Positions 62,993 to 64,000 of a stretch of DNA of 64,000 nucleotides are shown in pieces; positions within the stretch are counted from its first letter, which is position 1; each line of letters opens with the position of its first letter. The stretch comes from Eledone cirrhosa. Lineage: Eukaryota. The DNA lies in NCBI GenBank assembly GCA_964016885.1, contig OZ024740.1, positions 434,310,001-434,374,000 of the forward strand, given 5' to 3'. The position numbers and the translations under genes are program-made. The notes beneath the pieces are model-generated. The model searched no databases, was not told the origin of the DNA, and saw only the letters and a program-made list of their open reading frames with translations.

Positions 62993-64000
62993 TGTATGTC
63001 ATGGCTGTGACCTGTTGGTCATTGACATGGTGTATGTCATGGCTGTGACATGTTGGTCATCGACATGGTGTATGTCATGGCTGTGACCTGTTGGTCATTG
63101 ACATGGTGTATGTCATGGCTGTGACTTGTTGGTCATTGATATGGTGTATGTATGACTGACTTGTTGGTCATTGACATGGTGTATGTCATGGCTGTGACTT
63201 GTTGGACATTGACATGGTGTATATCATCACAGTGACTTGTTTGTCATTGACATGGTGTATGTAATGGCTCTGACTTGTTGGTCATTGACATGGTGTATGT
63301 CATGGCGGTGACTTGTTGGTCATTGACATGGTGTATGTCATGGCTGTGATTGTTGGTCATTGACATGGTGTATGTCATGGCTGTGACTTGTTGGTCATAG
63401 ACATGGTGTATGTCATGGCTGTGATTGTTGGTCAGTGACATGGTGTATATCATCACTTTGACTTGTTTGTCATTGACATGGTGTATGTCATGGCTGTGAC
63501 TTGTTGGTCATTGATATGGTGTATGTATGACTGACTTGTTGGTCATTGACATGGTGTATGTCATGGCTGTTACTTATTGGTCATTGACATTGTGTATGTC
63601 ATGGCTGTGACTTGTTGGTCATTGACATGGTGTATGTCATGGCTGTGACTTGTTGTTCATTGACATGGTGTATGTCATGGCTGTGACTTGTTGGTAATTG
63701 ACATGGTGTATATCATCACTGTGACTTGTTTGTCATTGACATGGTGTATGTAATGGCTGTGACTTGTTGGTCATTGACATGGTGTATGTCATGGCGGTGA
63801 CTTGTTGGTCATTGACATGGTGTATGTCATGGCGGTGACTTGTTGGTCATTGACATGGTGTATATAATCACTGTGACTTTTGGTCATTGACATGGTGTAT
63901 GTCATGGCTGTGATTGTTGTTCATTGACATGGTGTATGTCATAGCTGTGACTTGAAGGGTCATTGACATGTATGTCATGGCTGTGATTGTTGTTCATTGA
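62993..64000. repeat. 38-bp tandem array running off the window
   Basis: tgtatgtcatggctgtgacttgttggtcattgacatgg units. Confidence 0.96.

Overview
This is eukaryotic, AT-rich, repeat-dominated animal DNA. The SINE/LINE repertoire and the long (TA)n tracts resemble an octopod cephalopod, which is my inference. The only host coding sequence I can support is an 80-nt first coding exon of a WW-domain protein (14294-14373, +), followed by what appears to be a very long intron. The rest is nested, decayed mobile DNA: two Penelope-like elements (PLEs; RT plus GIY-YIG, Naiad-like), several RTE, CR1, L1/Tx1 and CRE LINE fragments, two non-autonomous Helitrons (one with a spliced N-terminal ORF), a mariner, MITEs, tRNA-SINEs and large tandem arrays (12, 23, 74, 38, ~83 and 38 bp units). 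The most striking unannotated signal is a set of minimal type-I hammerhead ribozyme (HHR) motifs. One lies in the 3' terminus of a PLE and several lie in short cassettes embedded in (TA)n. Many of these cassettes are snap-back palindromes whose apex falls at or inside the ribozyme. Two intact HHRs lie in tandem, in sense orientation, in the putative intron of the WW gene. All calls were made by eye; no searches or folding were run.
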